A DNA stretch of 64,000 nucleotides from contig NC_092383.1 in NCBI RefSeq assembly GCF_030028105.1, forward strand, positions 86,447,921-86,511,920, in the 5' to 3' direction. A program made the position numbers and the translations under genes. Positions 11,513 through 25,220 of the stretch are shown here, piece by piece; the stretch's first letter is position 1, and each line of letters opens with the position of its first letter. Origin of the DNA: Mobula birostris. Its lineage: Eukaryota. The notes beneath the pieces are model-generated. The model saw only the letters and a list, made by a program, of their open reading frames with translations. It searched no databases and was not told the origin of the DNA.

Positions 11513-13245
11513 TAACACATAGAAATTACTGGAGGAACTCAGCAGGCCAGGGAGCACCTACAGAAAAGAGTACAGTCGACATTTTGGGCCAAGGCTTTTC
11601 AGCAGAACAGGAAGATGAGGACTCAGAGTCTGAGGGTGGGAGGAGGGGAGGGAGAAACGCAGGGTGATAGGTAAAACCAGTAGGGGGAAGCATAAAGTGA
11701 CAGGGAGGGGAGAGGTAAAGGAAAGAGTTGGGAAGTTGATTGGTGAAAGAGATACAGGGCTGGAGAAAGCAGAATCGAATAGGGAAGGACAGAAGGCCAT
11801 TGAGAAAGAAAAAGGGGGAGGAGCACCAGAGGGAAGTGATGGGCAGGCAAGAAGATAATGTGAGAGAGGGAAATGGGAATGGGCAATAGAGAAAGGGGGG
11901 GGGAGGAACATTACTGGAAATTCGAGAAATCAATGTTCATGCCATCAGGCTGGAGGCTACACAAACGGAACAAAAAGTGTTGCTCCTACAACCTGAGTGT
12001 GGCCTCATCACAGCAATAGAAGAAGCCAGAGACTGACAGGTTGGGATGGGATTGGGAAGTGGAACTAAAATGGGTGGACGCTGCAAGGTCCCGCTTTTTC
12101 TGGTGGATGGAGTGTATATGCTCGGCAAAGTTGTCTTCCATTCTACTTTGGGTCTCACTGATATACAAGAGGCCACACCGGGAGTACCGGATACAATAGA
12201 TGACCCCAACAGACTCACAGGTGAAGTGTCGCCTCGCCTGGAAGGACTGTTTTGGACCCTAAATGGTAGTGAGGGAGGAGATGTAGGGGCAGATGTAGCA
12301 GTTGTCCGCTTGCAAGGATAAATGTCAGGAGGGAGTCTGTGGGGAGGTGTGAATGGACATGGGTGTTGTGCAGGAAGTGATCCCTGTAGAAAGCAGAAAG
12401 TGAGGGGAAAGGAAAGATGTGCCTGGTGACGGGATCCCATTGGAGATGGCAGAAGTTTCAGAGAAATATGTGATGGAGTTGCAGCTTAACGGGGTGGTAG
12501 GAGACAACAGGAGGAACCCTAACACTGATGGGGTGGTGGGAAGATAGGGTGAGGGCAGACGTGTGTGAAATTGAAGAGATGTAGTTGAGGGCAGTGTTGA
12601 TAGTGGAGAAAGGGAAGCCCCTTTCTTTCAAGAAGGAGGACATCTCTATCCTCCTGGAGTGAAAAGCCTCATCGTGAGAGCAGATGCAGTACAGAAAGAG
12701 AAATTGAGGGAAGGGGTTTGGTATTTTTACAAGTAACAGGGTGGGAAGAGGTATAGTCCAAGTAGCTGCAAGAGTCATTGGGGTTTGTAGCAATCTTCAG
12801 AGATAAACTGTCTCCTGAGATAGAGACAGACAATTTGAGGAAGGGAAGGGAGGTGCTGGAAAAGGACCTGGAAATTTGGAGTCAAAGTTGATGTAGTCAA
12901 TTAGATCGGCATGGGTGCAGGAAGCAGCACCAATGCAGTCATCAACGTAGCATTGGAAACGTGAGGGAGAGACACCAGTATAGACTTGGAACGTAGATTG
13001 ATCCATGCAGCCAACAAAAAGGCAGGCATAGCTGCGACCCATGCAAGTACCCATAGCTATTGTTTGAAGGAAGTGGGAGGAGCCAAAGGAGAAATTATTG
13101 AGAGTGACGATAAGTTCCGCAAGATGGAGGAGAGTGGTGATGGAGGGGAACTGGTTGGCTCTGGTGTCCAGAAAGCAGCAGAGACCTTTGAAGCCTTTCT
13201 GGTGGAGGATAGAGGTATGTAGGGAATGTACATGCATAGTGAAAA
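11513..13245 (-). mobile_element. Degenerate Penelope-like retroelement (RT plus GIY-YIG) in the V3/C2-3 intron
   Basis: LNNFSFGSSHFLQT..AMGTCMGRSYACLFVG and YVDDC (RT). YISET..FAEH (GIY-YIG). Confidence 0.82.
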
Positions 13246-13511
13246 TAAGATGCTCGGGGCCAGAGAACCGGAAATCAGGGTGGCATTTCATACAGTTCAG
13301 AGGCAGGAAAATGTACTGAGCCTTTCCACTGGAAATTGTTGGCCAGTCAGTGGGACGGACAACATGTGGGGTTCCCAAACCTTGCCCACTCCCCACAGGG
13401 CTCTGCACTGCTGAGGAGCCTCAGGATATCCATGCTTCTCTGACACTTCCTCGAGCAAATATGGATCAGACATTTCACTGGACACATAAAGGTAATCAAG
13501 GAGAAACCTAC

Positions 13512-13831
13512 CGTCAGATACTTGTAGATACACGTCAAACACTGGATGATTGCCAGATGTTGCAATTCCACATCTGTAAACTCCTGTATCTTGAGAGACA
13601 AGATTCTCCATAGTAACAGTAAATATTCCCTGGGATGTGTTATCTCTGATTGTTATTCTTCCATACTGCTCATTTGTCCCATTTGTATTCACTAATGATG
13701 TGCATTGGCGACCCCACATGCGGCACAAATACTTTGTGTGTGAACGGTACTTTGGTCATTGTGACAATCGATTGTGATCGCTCTTCCCACAACTCCTCTT
13801 ACTTTGTTTTCTGCCCATAAAGCACCCAAAA
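13512..13831 (-). pseudogene. V-type Ig exon V3 with 1-nt frameshift
   Basis: 320 nt versus 321 expected. Missing C near 13756 (G-ACCAAAG versus GCACCAAT in paralogs) leads to TAG at 13692. Both splice sites intact. Confidence 0.9.
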
Positions 13832-14299
13832 CTGAGGGAGAAATTCTTCTGAAAATGGACAGGTAAAATTCAAATTTACACAAGCAGATTCAAGATTGCT
13901 TCATGTCATTTCCTCTATACAAATATAAAGGAGAACAAAACCATTGTTCCTCCGGATCTGAAGCAGCACAGAAAAAGCAAATGATAAAGAAAGCAATAAT
14001 AATAAAAAGAGATGTTTTATTTAAAGCTGTCAGTGTGTTCTAAGGAATCTACCACACCCTCAATTGGTGTAATTGAATTCCACATTGTCTGAAAAATGCT
14101 ACAGCATCGTCCCTCATCACAAGATCACGGCTCTTCACAAGTAATGATTTTTATTTGATTGGAGTCATCATTATCACTGCCCAGTGATGTCTCAGTGTGT
14201 TTCAACAATTCTGAGTCAATAGATTACTGATCCAGTCCTATTCCAGGCAGGTGAGCACAAGATCGGTAGTGGATAAATTACCAGAGGTAGTTCTCTGAG

Positions 14300-15520
14300 A
14301 CAGGGTCTACCTGAATTTGCAAAGGCATGATCTGGTTGTGGATAGTCAACGTGATTTTGTGCATGGGAAATCTACTCTCAAGAAATTGACAAGGTTTTTT
14401 TTTGAAGGGATGAAGAAACGGACTGATGAGGGCAGGAGCAGTAGCATGTAGCACATGGAGTTTAGCAAGGCCTTTGAAAACATCTCACATAGCAGACAGA
14501 TTTGTATTGTGAGATCACATGGTAAGCTAGTTGGTTGGATACAGAATAGGCTGAAGGGATCTCGAAAGAGAACTGGTGTTCAGCCCCATTACTCTGTGCT
14601 AGCCAGATTCCCCCACATGAGCCCAACCCGTCTGCCTGCATTTGATCCATCTCCCTCTCTTCTCACCAGAGCCATCTATTCAAGTTGAATTTCAAGTTTA
14701 ATTGTCATTCAACCATATATGGATACTGCCAAATGTAACAGCGATATTCCTGGACAAGGACGAAAACTACAGTAACAACGGTGAAACATAGCAGAAGGCT
14801 CATATAAAATAGCAGTCAAGAAAAAATTATATGTAGTTTGTTTATGGTACACATAATTTCATAATTAGTTTACTTTGAATATTGAACTTGGAAAGTGGCT
14901 AATGGAATGACTGATGTATGGAACTCAGGCAGTGTGAAGTAATGAATTTTGGGAAGTGGAACAAGGACAAAACGTACACAGCAGAGAACCAGGTTTGCAA
15001 CTACACAGGTCCCTGAATGTGGCAACACAGGTGGACAAACTGCTGAACAAGGAATATGACCAGTTGCCTTCATTGGATGGGGCATTAAGTAGAGCTGGGA
15101 TGGCATGTTACAACTATAAAGGACATTGACAAGACCTCATCTCGACTAATCTGTGCAGTTCCAGAGGAAGAATGTGATTAATTAGAGAAGGTACAGAAAG
15201 CATTCACAAAGATGCTTCTGAAACTGGACGGTCTGGGTTTTGGATAGGCTGGGACAGTTTTCCCTGAAGTGAACACAGCTGAGGTTTAAAAATTAAGAGG
15301 GGCAAAGATATGCTGGATAATCACAGTCTTTATCCCAACTTTGGGGAGTCGAAAACTAGAGAGCCAAGACTGACGGTGAGGGTGGAAAGTCTTTGAGGGC
15401 CTGGAGGGGCAGTGTTTTCCACACAGAGCAGTGTGTACGTGAAAAGGCTGCCAGAAGAAGTACTAGGGGGTGGGAATAAATTCACCTTTAAAATACTTTT
15501 GGACAAGTTCATGAAATTTG
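14300..15520 (+). mobile_element. Ancient CR1 fossil upstream of V3, with orthologous copies upstream of V2 and V3'
   Basis: Decayed RT homology. The same stretch recurs at 24.0-30.7 kb (interrupted) and 54.25-54.66 kb. Confidence 0.7.
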
Positions 15521-15892
15521 CTGAAGTTAGTCCATAGCCACAAAGTGAGTCATCACTGCAGCACATTAATTGCAGGCCACAGACTGAGTTCAGCGCAGAA
15601 GTGAGTAAACCTTGTTGACAAACTAATTAAACACCAGCCCATCCCCTTGCCTATGACATGCATTCCTTTAGTTTTTCGCACAGGTTTCGAAGGTATATTA
15701 TCTTTGTCACAATCACGAAATACAGCAGCCTTGTTCATATCAGTATAGAAGGAATGGGTTCCCTTCTCATTTCTGAAGGTGAGGAAGGTACTTTAACCAG
15801 CAACCTGAAACTCAGTTTCAGTAGTCACAATGTTAATTGGGCTGCTCAGGAAATCCTAAAGCTGGTGATGATCATAACACAATGAGATCATA

Positions 15893-16340
15893 AGACATAG
15901 GAGAATTAGGCCATTCGACCTATATCGACTGCTCTGCCATTCCATCTTGGCTGATTTATTATCCCTCTCAATCTTATTCTCTTGCCTTTTCCCTGTAACC
16001 TTTGATGCCCTCACTACTCAAAGACCGATCAAACTCAGCTTTAAATAAACCCGATGACTCGGCCTCAACAGCCATCTGTGGTAATAAATTCCACAGATTC
16101 ACCACCATCTGGCTAAAGAAATTCCTCCTCATCTCAGTTCTAATGCTGTCTGTTAGGGGTCTGTACTTCTTCCACGTAGAATGCATAGGCTTTCCCCAGG
16201 TGCTCCAGTTTCCTCCCACAGTCCAAAACCATGTTAATTGGTCCCTGTTAATAGTCCTGTGATTATGTTAAAATTATCAGCTTTGTCAAGGGTTAATGGG
16301 GCAGCATGGCTTGAAGGGCCAGAATGGCCTATTCAGGGCC
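15893..16340. mobile_element. CR1 3' end (minus) abutting a V-SINE fragment (plus)
   Basis: CR1 3' UTR, then the V-SINE core ccaggtgctccagtttcctcccacagtccaaa. Confidence 0.7.
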
Positions 16341-16969
16341 AAATCTTTAAATAAATAAAAAGAAAGAATGTTCTTGTAAGGAGCAAGCCCAGGTACATTA
16401 CAAGATCAAGAGCTCATTTTATGATACTAGGAGACCATCCAATAGTTTCACAACAGTGAGAAAGAAGCTGTCCTTGAAGTTTGTAGTACATGCTTTCAGA
16501 CTTTTGTAATTTCTGCCCGATAGGAGGTGAGAGGAAGAGAATATGTCAGTGAAAGTTGGATCTTCAATTAGATTGGCTGCTTTACCAAGTCAGTGAAAAG
16601 TATTAAAAACAATAAAAAATATAAATTACTGCAAATATCCAAAAAGTATAATTTTGTATGTATGCACACTTGTGTGTAACAATCAGGATGTGGGGAGAAG
16701 CTGAGGTAGATATCTAGAGATTCCACTGCACTCACAGTTGAAGGATCTAATAAAGGAAAGATTGCATTTGCTTAAAACCAGCTCCCCTATAAAAATCAAT
16801 TCCCGCCAAATCCCACACTGGTTTGGACATTGATTGCTGAGCTCTTACTAGTGTCATGTCAAAATTTTTTCTCATCTGAACTGTGGAATATCTTCAACAG
16901 ACCCAGCAGAAGACCTACAGTGAATGTCTTAGGGCAAGCAGTTTGACAATCACATGAGCTCATTACAGA

Positions 16970-17795
16970 CAGAGAGCGGATTAATGAGAGCAGGGCAGTG
17001 GATGTTGTCTATCTGAAACTCAATAAGGCCTTTGACAAGGACCCATTAGTTCAAGATGGTCTAGCAAATTGAATATAACATTGGCTTGATGGGATGAGTT
17101 AGTGGATTGTCATGGGGGGTTTTCAAATTGGAGGTTTTGCATTTTGGCAAGTTAAACCACTGCAAGACGTACAGTAAATGGTCGGAGGATGCTATGGAGA
17201 ATGTTGCAAAAAAGTGATCTGCTCTTCCAGGTACATTGTTACCTGAATATGATGACACAGGTAGACAGGATGGTGAAGAAGGCATTTGGTACACTTACTT
17301 TGTTAGTCAGGGCACTGCGTACAAGATTATTATATTATGTTATGGCTGTACAAGATGTTAGTGAGACTACTCTTCAAATACCATGTGCAGATGTTGTCTC
17401 CTGATAATAGGAAATATATCATTGGACTGGAAAGGGTGCAGCAGAAAAATCATGAGGACATTCCTGAGAATGAAGGGATAGAGTTATAATGGAGGGTTGG
17501 AAGGATGAGACTTTTGCCCTGGAGCTTAGAATGCTGACGGGTCATTTAACAGAGGTATATAAAATCATGAGGGGCACCTATAAGGTGAATGGTCACTGTC
17601 TTTTTACAAGGGGAGGGGACAGTAAAGCCAGCAGGTGCAGGCTACAATTTAGCGGTGAAAGGTCCTAAAGAGCAATTTTATACACAGAGGGTCTTAGGTA
17701 TATGGAACAACCTGCCATAGCAATCCATAGGAGTGGGAGCATTTACAACATTCAGAAGACATTTTGACAGATACATGAGTAGGAAAGGCTTAGAA
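16970..17795 (+). mobile_element. Old CR1 fragments
   Basis: Degenerate aaggcctttgacaagg (KAFDK) and RT C-terminal homology. Confidence 0.65.
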
Positions 17796-18472
17796 CAAGG
17801 GTTCACAAACTTTTTTGCCATGTCCCCCTACCATTAACTAAGGGGTCCATAGAGTCAGTGTCACTGGTTAATTTGCTCTGTAGTTTACAGAACTGAATTT
17901 ATGCACCTCAGTTTGTTTATTTATGTGTAATCCATTTGCAGATCTCATCCCCACTTTCATAAGTTATTATGTGTTATGCGTGTTACACCCTGGTTTGGAG
18001 AAACATTGTCTCGTTTGATGGCATACATCTATATAGTTATATGACAATAAAATTCACTTGACTTGACTTGACTGGTCTTGACCGCAGGTTGGGAATCTCT
18101 GGCAGAGAAGGATATGGGATAAATAAAATTACAGGTGCTCTACCTAGATGAAAATCTCGGTTGACTTGGACGAGTCAGGCTGACGGGCCAGTTGTTCTAG
18201 TAAACAACAAGCACTTTATGACTCAGAACATGAGTTTCAATTGCTATGCTCAAATTATTAAATATTTGGAAAAATAAATTTATCTTTGATCTCAGGCTTG
18301 ACGCATGTACAAGAAAATCAGGAATATTCAGATTCCAACACATCATTTCATTGAAGTTAATCATGTCAGATAAGTTTAACACCAGTTAAAGAGAAACATA
18401 GTTCTCTCCCAGCTGGCTCTATTTGAAAGCAATTACAGTGAAATCCCCTGTAGAGAGAACCTAATACTTTAC

Positions 18473-18551
18473 ATTTGAGGTGATGTAGTTTTTTTCCTTT
18501 CTGCAGTTGTCATCGATTCTGTCACATTATTTTTACAGAAATGATTTTGCC
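18473..18551 (-). CDS. Stalk exon S1 (phase 1 to 2): GQNHFCKNNVTESMTTAERKKTTSPQ
   Basis: Acceptor ttttcttttaacag, donor AT|GTAAAG, 79 nt. Cys then Thr-rich run. Homologous exon at 62.3 kb. Confidence 0.78.
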
Positions 18552-18699
18552 CTGTTAAAAGAAAATAAAATTCAATTTCATCTGCTTTGTATTTAAAAGA
18601 ACAAAAGAGCACAATTGTTAGACCAACAGGTAGTTTAGTGTGGTGGACCAAAGGTGATCTATACTGAATGCACATTAAAAGTTGAAGATGACATTTTTT

Positions 18700-18960
18700 C
18701 CTCACATGTACATCAGATCATACAGTGAAATGTGTTGTTTACAATGACCAACACAGAATATGTGCTGGGGGCAGCCTGCAAGTGTTCCATGTTTCCAGTG
18801 CCAAAATAGCTTCCCTTTGACATACCAATACTAACCTGTGCGTCTCTGGAACGTGGGAGGAAAGCGCGACACCCGGAGGAAACTCATACAGCTACTAAGA
18901 GAACGTACAAACAACTTGCAATAGTGGTTGGAATTGGACCCGGATTGCTGATCGCTAATT
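18700..18960 (-). mobile_element. V-SINE-like element, with an orthologous copy at about 62440-62770
   Basis: tggaacgtgggaggaaa..cacccggaggaaac is the reverse complement of the V-SINE core. Confidence 0.65.
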
Positions 18961-20352
18961 GCTGTTCTACTGTGCACCCAATTACATTTACTGATGGCTT
19001 GGATTCTTTCCCATACTCAGTACCTGATGGTGTGGAGATGCAGCTGGGAAAGTTAAAGGACTTGGATTGAGGAAACTGTAATTCTATCTAATTAGGGAAA
19101 GGTCCATCTAGGGAGATGGCCTCAGCCGGCATGGCGAGATCACTTTCCAGGGCCCCATCACCCTCTGCAGAGTTGGTGATAGCTGTACTTGAATATACAG
19201 GGAGATAGTGGTTCAAGTACACTTTTTGTCCAAAAGGATAATGTAGGAGATTTTTTCAATGAAAAGTCAAAGTCTTTTCCTTCCCATATCTCTTGATCTT
19301 TCTACCTCTGAGAAAAATAACTCAATCTTTCTTGCATATAGGTTCAGCACATTCTGGGCGAAGAAATCCTTCCTAATCCCAGTATTAAATGTCTCACCCT
19401 TTAGATTATTTCTAAGCCTCCATGCTTACTTACTTACTGCCCATTACAACATTGGCATTTAGGGCAGCAATGAAGGTTTTCTATCCCTAGCATTGTTCAG
19501 GGCTTCCTCCATCATGCCAGTAGATTCCTTTCGGTTTTCACTGCTGTCAGTCATGCAAGTCCCAGATGCAGACTGAGCAATACCATCAATCTCTGATGTA
19601 GAAGGATTCTTCATTCCTGTTTCCATAACAATTTTGTTTTACCACTCAGCTTTGTTAGTCCTGAGCTGAACCCCCAAACCTGGAGGACTGGTGGATCACT
19701 CTAAGTCTGACCTCTACACTTTGACCTATATAGGCATGGGTGAGCCTACAAAGAGCCAAAGTATAAAGACCTCACTCCAGCCAACAGAGATCTCCAGGTT
19801 ATTGAGGCATGCAAGACTCCAAATCCAACAGCAAGGTTGTGATCCTCTTGGAGGTAAGATTCCATAGACTGTCCAGTATTCCCTGGTATTGGAAGCCTTC
19901 TAACTGCATCTGTTTCAGCCTGGTAAAATATTGCAGCTTTCTATGAGATCACCTTTCAGTCTGGTGAACTCCAGGAAATAAAAACCTGATCAACCAATTC
20001 TCTGTTCTTGTGTCACTCATGGCATCCCAGAAATCAGTCTGCTGATCCTTTGCTAGCTTCCTTCCATAACAAGAACATCTTTCATCAGACCAAAACTGTT
20101 GGTGACATGAGAGTGAGGATGAAGAGATTGTCTGACTGATTTAAGCTTTAGGCCAGAATGGAAAAGTGGGGTATGTGCCAAATTGAGGCAGCGAGTCCCA
20201 GGCACAGGAGCGTATCGAAGCAGCACGAACCCCCTACCATCTAAGCCATGTGTACTGGATATTGTGTTCCAACAATACAATATCCAGTACACATCAGTCA
20301 CTCAGTTGTACTCCATTGACAATCATAAAATATTAAACTCTGCACTACTTAC

Positions 20353-20673
20353 CCATTCTGTTGACATCAATCACATTTCTGCAGTTCCTGACATTGTTGG
20401 AGATGGACACGCTGATCATTTCACTAGTCTTTTCCCCATTATCATTTGAGACTTTGCAATAATACAGATATTTTTTGTATTTTAAGGATTGACAATGTAG
20501 ATCCAGTTTATTGGTAACAGAGATCTTTGAATCCACAGTTGGGGTCTTTTCGTACCATGAATACTGAATGGGAAGGGATCCATGGCCAGACTCACAGGAC
20601 ACTGACACATAGTCCCCACAACCTGAGCCACTTGTTAGTGGTGAAAATCGAAGCAAAGGAACAGACACGGGTT
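20353..20673 (-). CDS. C2-type Ig exon C2-2 (intact)
   Basis: 321 nt, phase 1-1, ttttccacag acceptor, G|GTAAGT donor. Reads EPVSVPLLRF..VSVSCESGHGSLPIQYSWY..LYYCKVSN..RNCRNVIDVNRM. Confidence 0.92.
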
Positions 20674-21547
20674 CTGTGGAAAACAACCAATAAACATCTG
20701 AAAATCAAACACAGTAAAGATTTCAGCAGTTCTGTATCTCAACCAGGACCCACACGTCTGGAATCTCAGCAGCTCCTCTACCTCTCTGTGTCTCTGCATC
20801 CTCTTATCTGCCTGAACTGCCATATCTGCCATTATCCCTGAACACAGCAGGTCTCCAGATCAGGACAGCAGTGATGACACTGAGTATGTATCTGTGTGAA
20901 AATCAGAGTTACAAACTCTCTCAGCAGCAAGGAGACAGTCTAATGTTGCAACCAACAGCTTGACTCTGAAAAGGCAGCACTTGTGGGTGTCCTGGAAACC
21001 TATCAACTTCTGCTTTAAATATATCCAATAATTTAGTCTCCACAGACTGTGGCAATGGATTCCACAGATTCACCAGCCGCTGGCTAAATAAATTCCTCCT
21101 CATCTCTCTTTTTTTCTGAGTCTGTGCCCTCTGGTCTTAGAGGTCCACACTACAGGAAGCATCCTCTCCACAACCATCAGCTTTTCTGTGCTCATTCTTC
21201 TAAGCTCCTGCAAGTGCACGCCCAGAGGTTTCAAACACTCCGCATACATCTGGGGAATTTAATATCTGGAGCCCTTTAGAGTTGATGTACAGAGAGTTTT
21301 TGGGGTTGAAGTCCATTGCTCCCTGAAAGCTGCAACACAAGTGGAAATAATGGTAATGAAAGCATTCAGCACATTTGCATTCTTCATTTTACATATTGGA
21401 AACTAAAGCTGACAAGGCATTTTGAAGCTTCATAAGACTTTGTTTAGGGCACATTTGCAACATACAATAATTTGTGATTCTGATAGCGACAGTATAGAAA
21501 AGATGTGGAGGTTTTAGAGAGGGTAAAAAGGTCATCAGGGTGTCACC

Positions 21548-21840
21548 AGGGCAGCATTGTAGACTAATGGTTAGCACAAGGCTTTACCGTGGCAATTTCT
21601 GCTGCTCTGTGTAAGGAGTTTGTGTGTTCTCCCCATGTCCACGTGGGTTTCTTCCAGGTGCTCTGGTTTCCTCCCACAGTCCAAAGACCTAGAAGTTGGT
21701 AGGTCAATTGGTTGTTATAGATTGTCTGAGTTTGAGGCTGGGGTTAAGTCTGGGGGATTACTGGGTGGCACGTCTCAAAGGGCGTGAAAGGCCTCTCCAC
21801 GCTATATCTCAATCAATGAATAAATCAAATAAATGAATAA
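21548..21840 (+). mobile_element. tRNA-derived V-SINE
   Basis: tRNA-like head, V-core gggtttcttccaggtgctctggtttcctcccacagtccaaagac, AT-rich tail. Confidence 0.75.
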
Positions 21841-21844
21841 ATGT

Positions 21845-22290
21845 TACCTGGATTGTAGCTATGGGGAGAAGTTTGACAAACTTGGATCATTTTCGCTGCA
21901 GTATAGGAGGCTGAGGAGAGACCTGATAGAAGTTTATGAAGTTATAGAAATCACAGATAGGGAAGATAGAATCTTTTCCCAGGGTTTAAATGTAAAATGA
22001 TAGTGAGCATCGTTTGAAGGCAATAGGGGGAATGTTTAAAGAATGTTTTCGAGACAAGTTTTATTTACTCTGAGGGTGCTGACTGCATGAAACACACCGA
22101 CAGACTGGCTGGTAGAAAGGGATATCATAACAATATTTAAGAAGCTTTTGGACATGGACATGAAAAGGGAGGGGTTGGAGAGATATGGACCACATGCAGT
22201 AAGATGGAAGTAGCTTAGAATGATAGCATGGTCAGTGTAGACATGGTGGGCCAAAGAGTCAATTCTTGGGCTGTACATTATATCAAGTTC
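21845..22290 (+). mobile_element. Old CR1 3' fragment
   Basis: gaggctgaggagagacctgatagaagtttat and 3' UTR homology. Confidence 0.65.
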
Positions 22291-22854
22291 TCTCTAACCC
22301 CATTGCTCTATTTCCCACCAGGAATGGGCTGAATGGGGAGGCTGGCTACCGGGAAGTGGATGGTTAGTGGGTGCTGGCGGGTGGTTTATGAGAGCACAGA
22401 GAGAGTGCCGGGTAGGGGTGGGAGTGACTGATCCATGAAGCAGGGATGGGAAATGGAATAGACTGCCCTGGGAGGACTGAACACAATCTGTAGTGATCTG
22501 GATCTGATTCCCTTTTTATGCTTTTTGAAGTGTTTAGACCATGTGAAACACTTGTTTCTCATTGACCTGTAAATATCAGATTCTTAGTTTTAGTCTGAAT
22601 GCAAACCACTGTCAGAGCAACATTTCATATGGTTCAGAAGCAGGATAATGTGCTGAGCCTCCCACTGGAAACCAGAGGGTCAGATCCCACACTGGGTGAG
22701 AGCAACTGGAGTGGGATTTCCGAACCCAGCACCCTCCCCGCAGGGGCCTGCTCTGTAACAGAGCCTCTGAATATCGGTGCTGCCCTGACACTCCCCAGAG
22801 AAAACATGAATCAGACACTTCAGTGGAAAGATAAAGTCAAAATCGGAAACCTAC

Positions 22855-23168
22855 CAACAGATACTTGTAGATGCACGTTAAATATTGGAGGATTGCCAGA
22901 TGATAGAATTACACATATATAATGCCCTGCATCATTAGGGTCAAGGTGCTCCATAGTAACAGTAAATATTCCCTGGGATGTGTTATCTCTGATTGTCATT
23001 CTTCCATACTGCTCATTTTGCCCATTTGTATTCACTAACGATGTGCATTGGCGATCCCACATGCGGCACAACATCTTTGGGTCTAAGCGATACATTGGTG
23101 CATAGTGCCAATTGATTGTGATCGCTCTTCCCACAACTCCTCTCACTTTATCTTCTGCCCATAAAGCA
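22855..23168 (-). pseudogene. V-type Ig exon V2 with deleted splice acceptor and Cys-to-Trp change
   Basis: Frame is open, but ctccctca[gttttggg]tgct has lost 8 nt including the G of AG. ITINWHY replaces ITIDCHY. Donor G|GTAGGT intact. Confidence 0.88.
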
Positions 23169-23673
23169 TGAGGGAGAAGTTTCTTAGAGAATGGACAGGT
23201 AAAATCAAATTTACACAGGCAGATCCTAGATTCAAGATTGTTTAATGTCATTTCCAGTGCTCATGTGTAAAAGAGAATGAAATCATTGTTACTCCAGTCT
23301 AATGCAGCACAAAAACTCAAAAGATAAAGAACATAATAATAATAAATAAAGATATTTTATTTAAAGCTGTCGCTGTGTTCTAAGGAATCTACCACACCGT
23401 CAATTGGTGTAATTGAATTCCACATTGTCTGAAAAGGCAACAGCATCGTCCCTCATCACAAAATCACAGCTCTTCACAAGTAATGATTTTTATTTGATTG
23501 GAGTCATCATTATCACTGCCCACTAATGTCGCAGTGTGTTTCCACATTTCAGGGTCAATAGATTACTGATCCAGTCCCATTCCAGGCAGGTGAGCACAAG
23601 ATCAGCAGTGGGTAACTTACTGGAGGTGATTCTGTGAGACAGGATCTATCTGAATTTGCCAAAACATAATCTG

Positions 23674-23972
23674 ACTTAAGGATTGAAGGGCGCCCATTCA
23701 GAACAGAAATGCGAAGAAATTTTTTTAGTCAGAGGGTGGTGAATCTATGGAATTTGTTGCCACGGGCAGCAGTGGAGGCCGAGTCATTGGGTGTATTTAA
23801 GGCAGAGATTGATAGGTATCTGAGTAGCCAGGGCATCAAAGGTTATGGTGAGAAGGCAGGGGAGTGGGACTAAATAGGAGAAAATGGATCAGCTCATGAT
23901 AAAATGGTGGAGCAGAATTGATGGGCCGAATGGCCTACTTCTGCTCCTTTGTCTTATGGTCTTATGGTCTTA
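23674..23972 (+). mobile_element. Young CR1 3' end, about 300 bp
   Basis: Near-identical to the reverse complement of 25221-25517. (TATGGTCT)n tail. Confidence 0.88.
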
Positions 23973-25220
23973 TGATTTGGGATGGTCTATGTGATCTTGT
24001 GCATGGGACATCCCCTTTCAAACAAATATGGCTGAGCTTTTTGGAAGAGATAATCAAAAGGATTGAAGAGAGCAGGACAGTAGTGTTTAGCCCATGGAGT
24101 TTAGCAAGGCCTTTGACAAGATCTTGCATTGTAGACTGATCTGTAATGTGAGGTCACAGTGTAAGCTAACTGGATGGATATTGAATAGGCTTGGCGGAAG
24201 GGATCAGATCGTGATTCTGAAGTCTGACATCAGACTTTATCACGTGGTGTACCATAGGGATCAGTGCTATTATTCGTTATTTGTCATCAATATTAATAAT
24301 TTGTAATGATAATGTAAGTAATATGATTAATAAGTTTTGGATGACACTGTAGTGTGGTGGACAGTGGAAAGAATTGTCGAATTTTATAATGGGATCTGGA
24401 AAATGAACCAGTGTTCAGCCACATCACTCTGTACCAGCACAATCCTTCCACCTGAGCCCATCCCATTTGTCTGAATTTGAAACATCTACCTCTCTTCTTG
24501 CTACCACCATTAGGTAAGACGTACAGGAGTCCTGGACCATTTTCACTCGCCTCAGCACTGAACTGACTCTGCAGCTGTGGTCTCACTTTTGGGGACTCTG
24601 TGACTCATGTTCTACGTATCATTTGTTTACATATTTTATTTATTTTGCACAATTCATCATCTTTTGCACATTGGATGCTTGTTAGTTTTTGTCGTATGTG
24701 GTTCGTCGTGGATTCTGTTGTGTTTCTTTGTTTTGTGGGTGCCTGCAAGAAGATGAAACTAGATTGTTTATGGTATACCTAGATTGATAATGAATTTACT
24801 TTGAACTTTGAACTAGGAAAGTGGCTAATGGAACAGCTGATGGAATTGAACTCAGGCACTGTGAAGTGATGCATTTTGGGAAATTAAACAAGGACACAAC
24901 TTGCACTGTTGGGAACGAGGTGTGCAACTACATTGGTCCCTGAAAGTGGCAACACAGATGGACAAAGTGTTGACCAAGGCAAATGCCATGCTTGCCTTCA
25001 TTGGATGGGGCATTAAGTACAGTTGGGATGGCATGTTACAGCTATAAAGGGTGTTGACAAGATTTCACCTGTCCAGAGGAAGAGTGTCATTAATTTAGGG
25101 AAGGTACAGAAAACATTCATACAGATGCTGTGGGACTGGAAGTTCTAGGATATGGATAGGCTGGGACTGTTTTCCCTGAAGTGAACTCTGATGAGGGATG
25201 ACCTCAGTTTAAAAATTAAG

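Noticed and set aside
11526-11933. Hydrophobic or Pro-rich ORFs resembling a TM exon
   Set aside because: Produced by the purine/pyrimidine-skewed tail of the Penelope-like element. No splice sites in phase.
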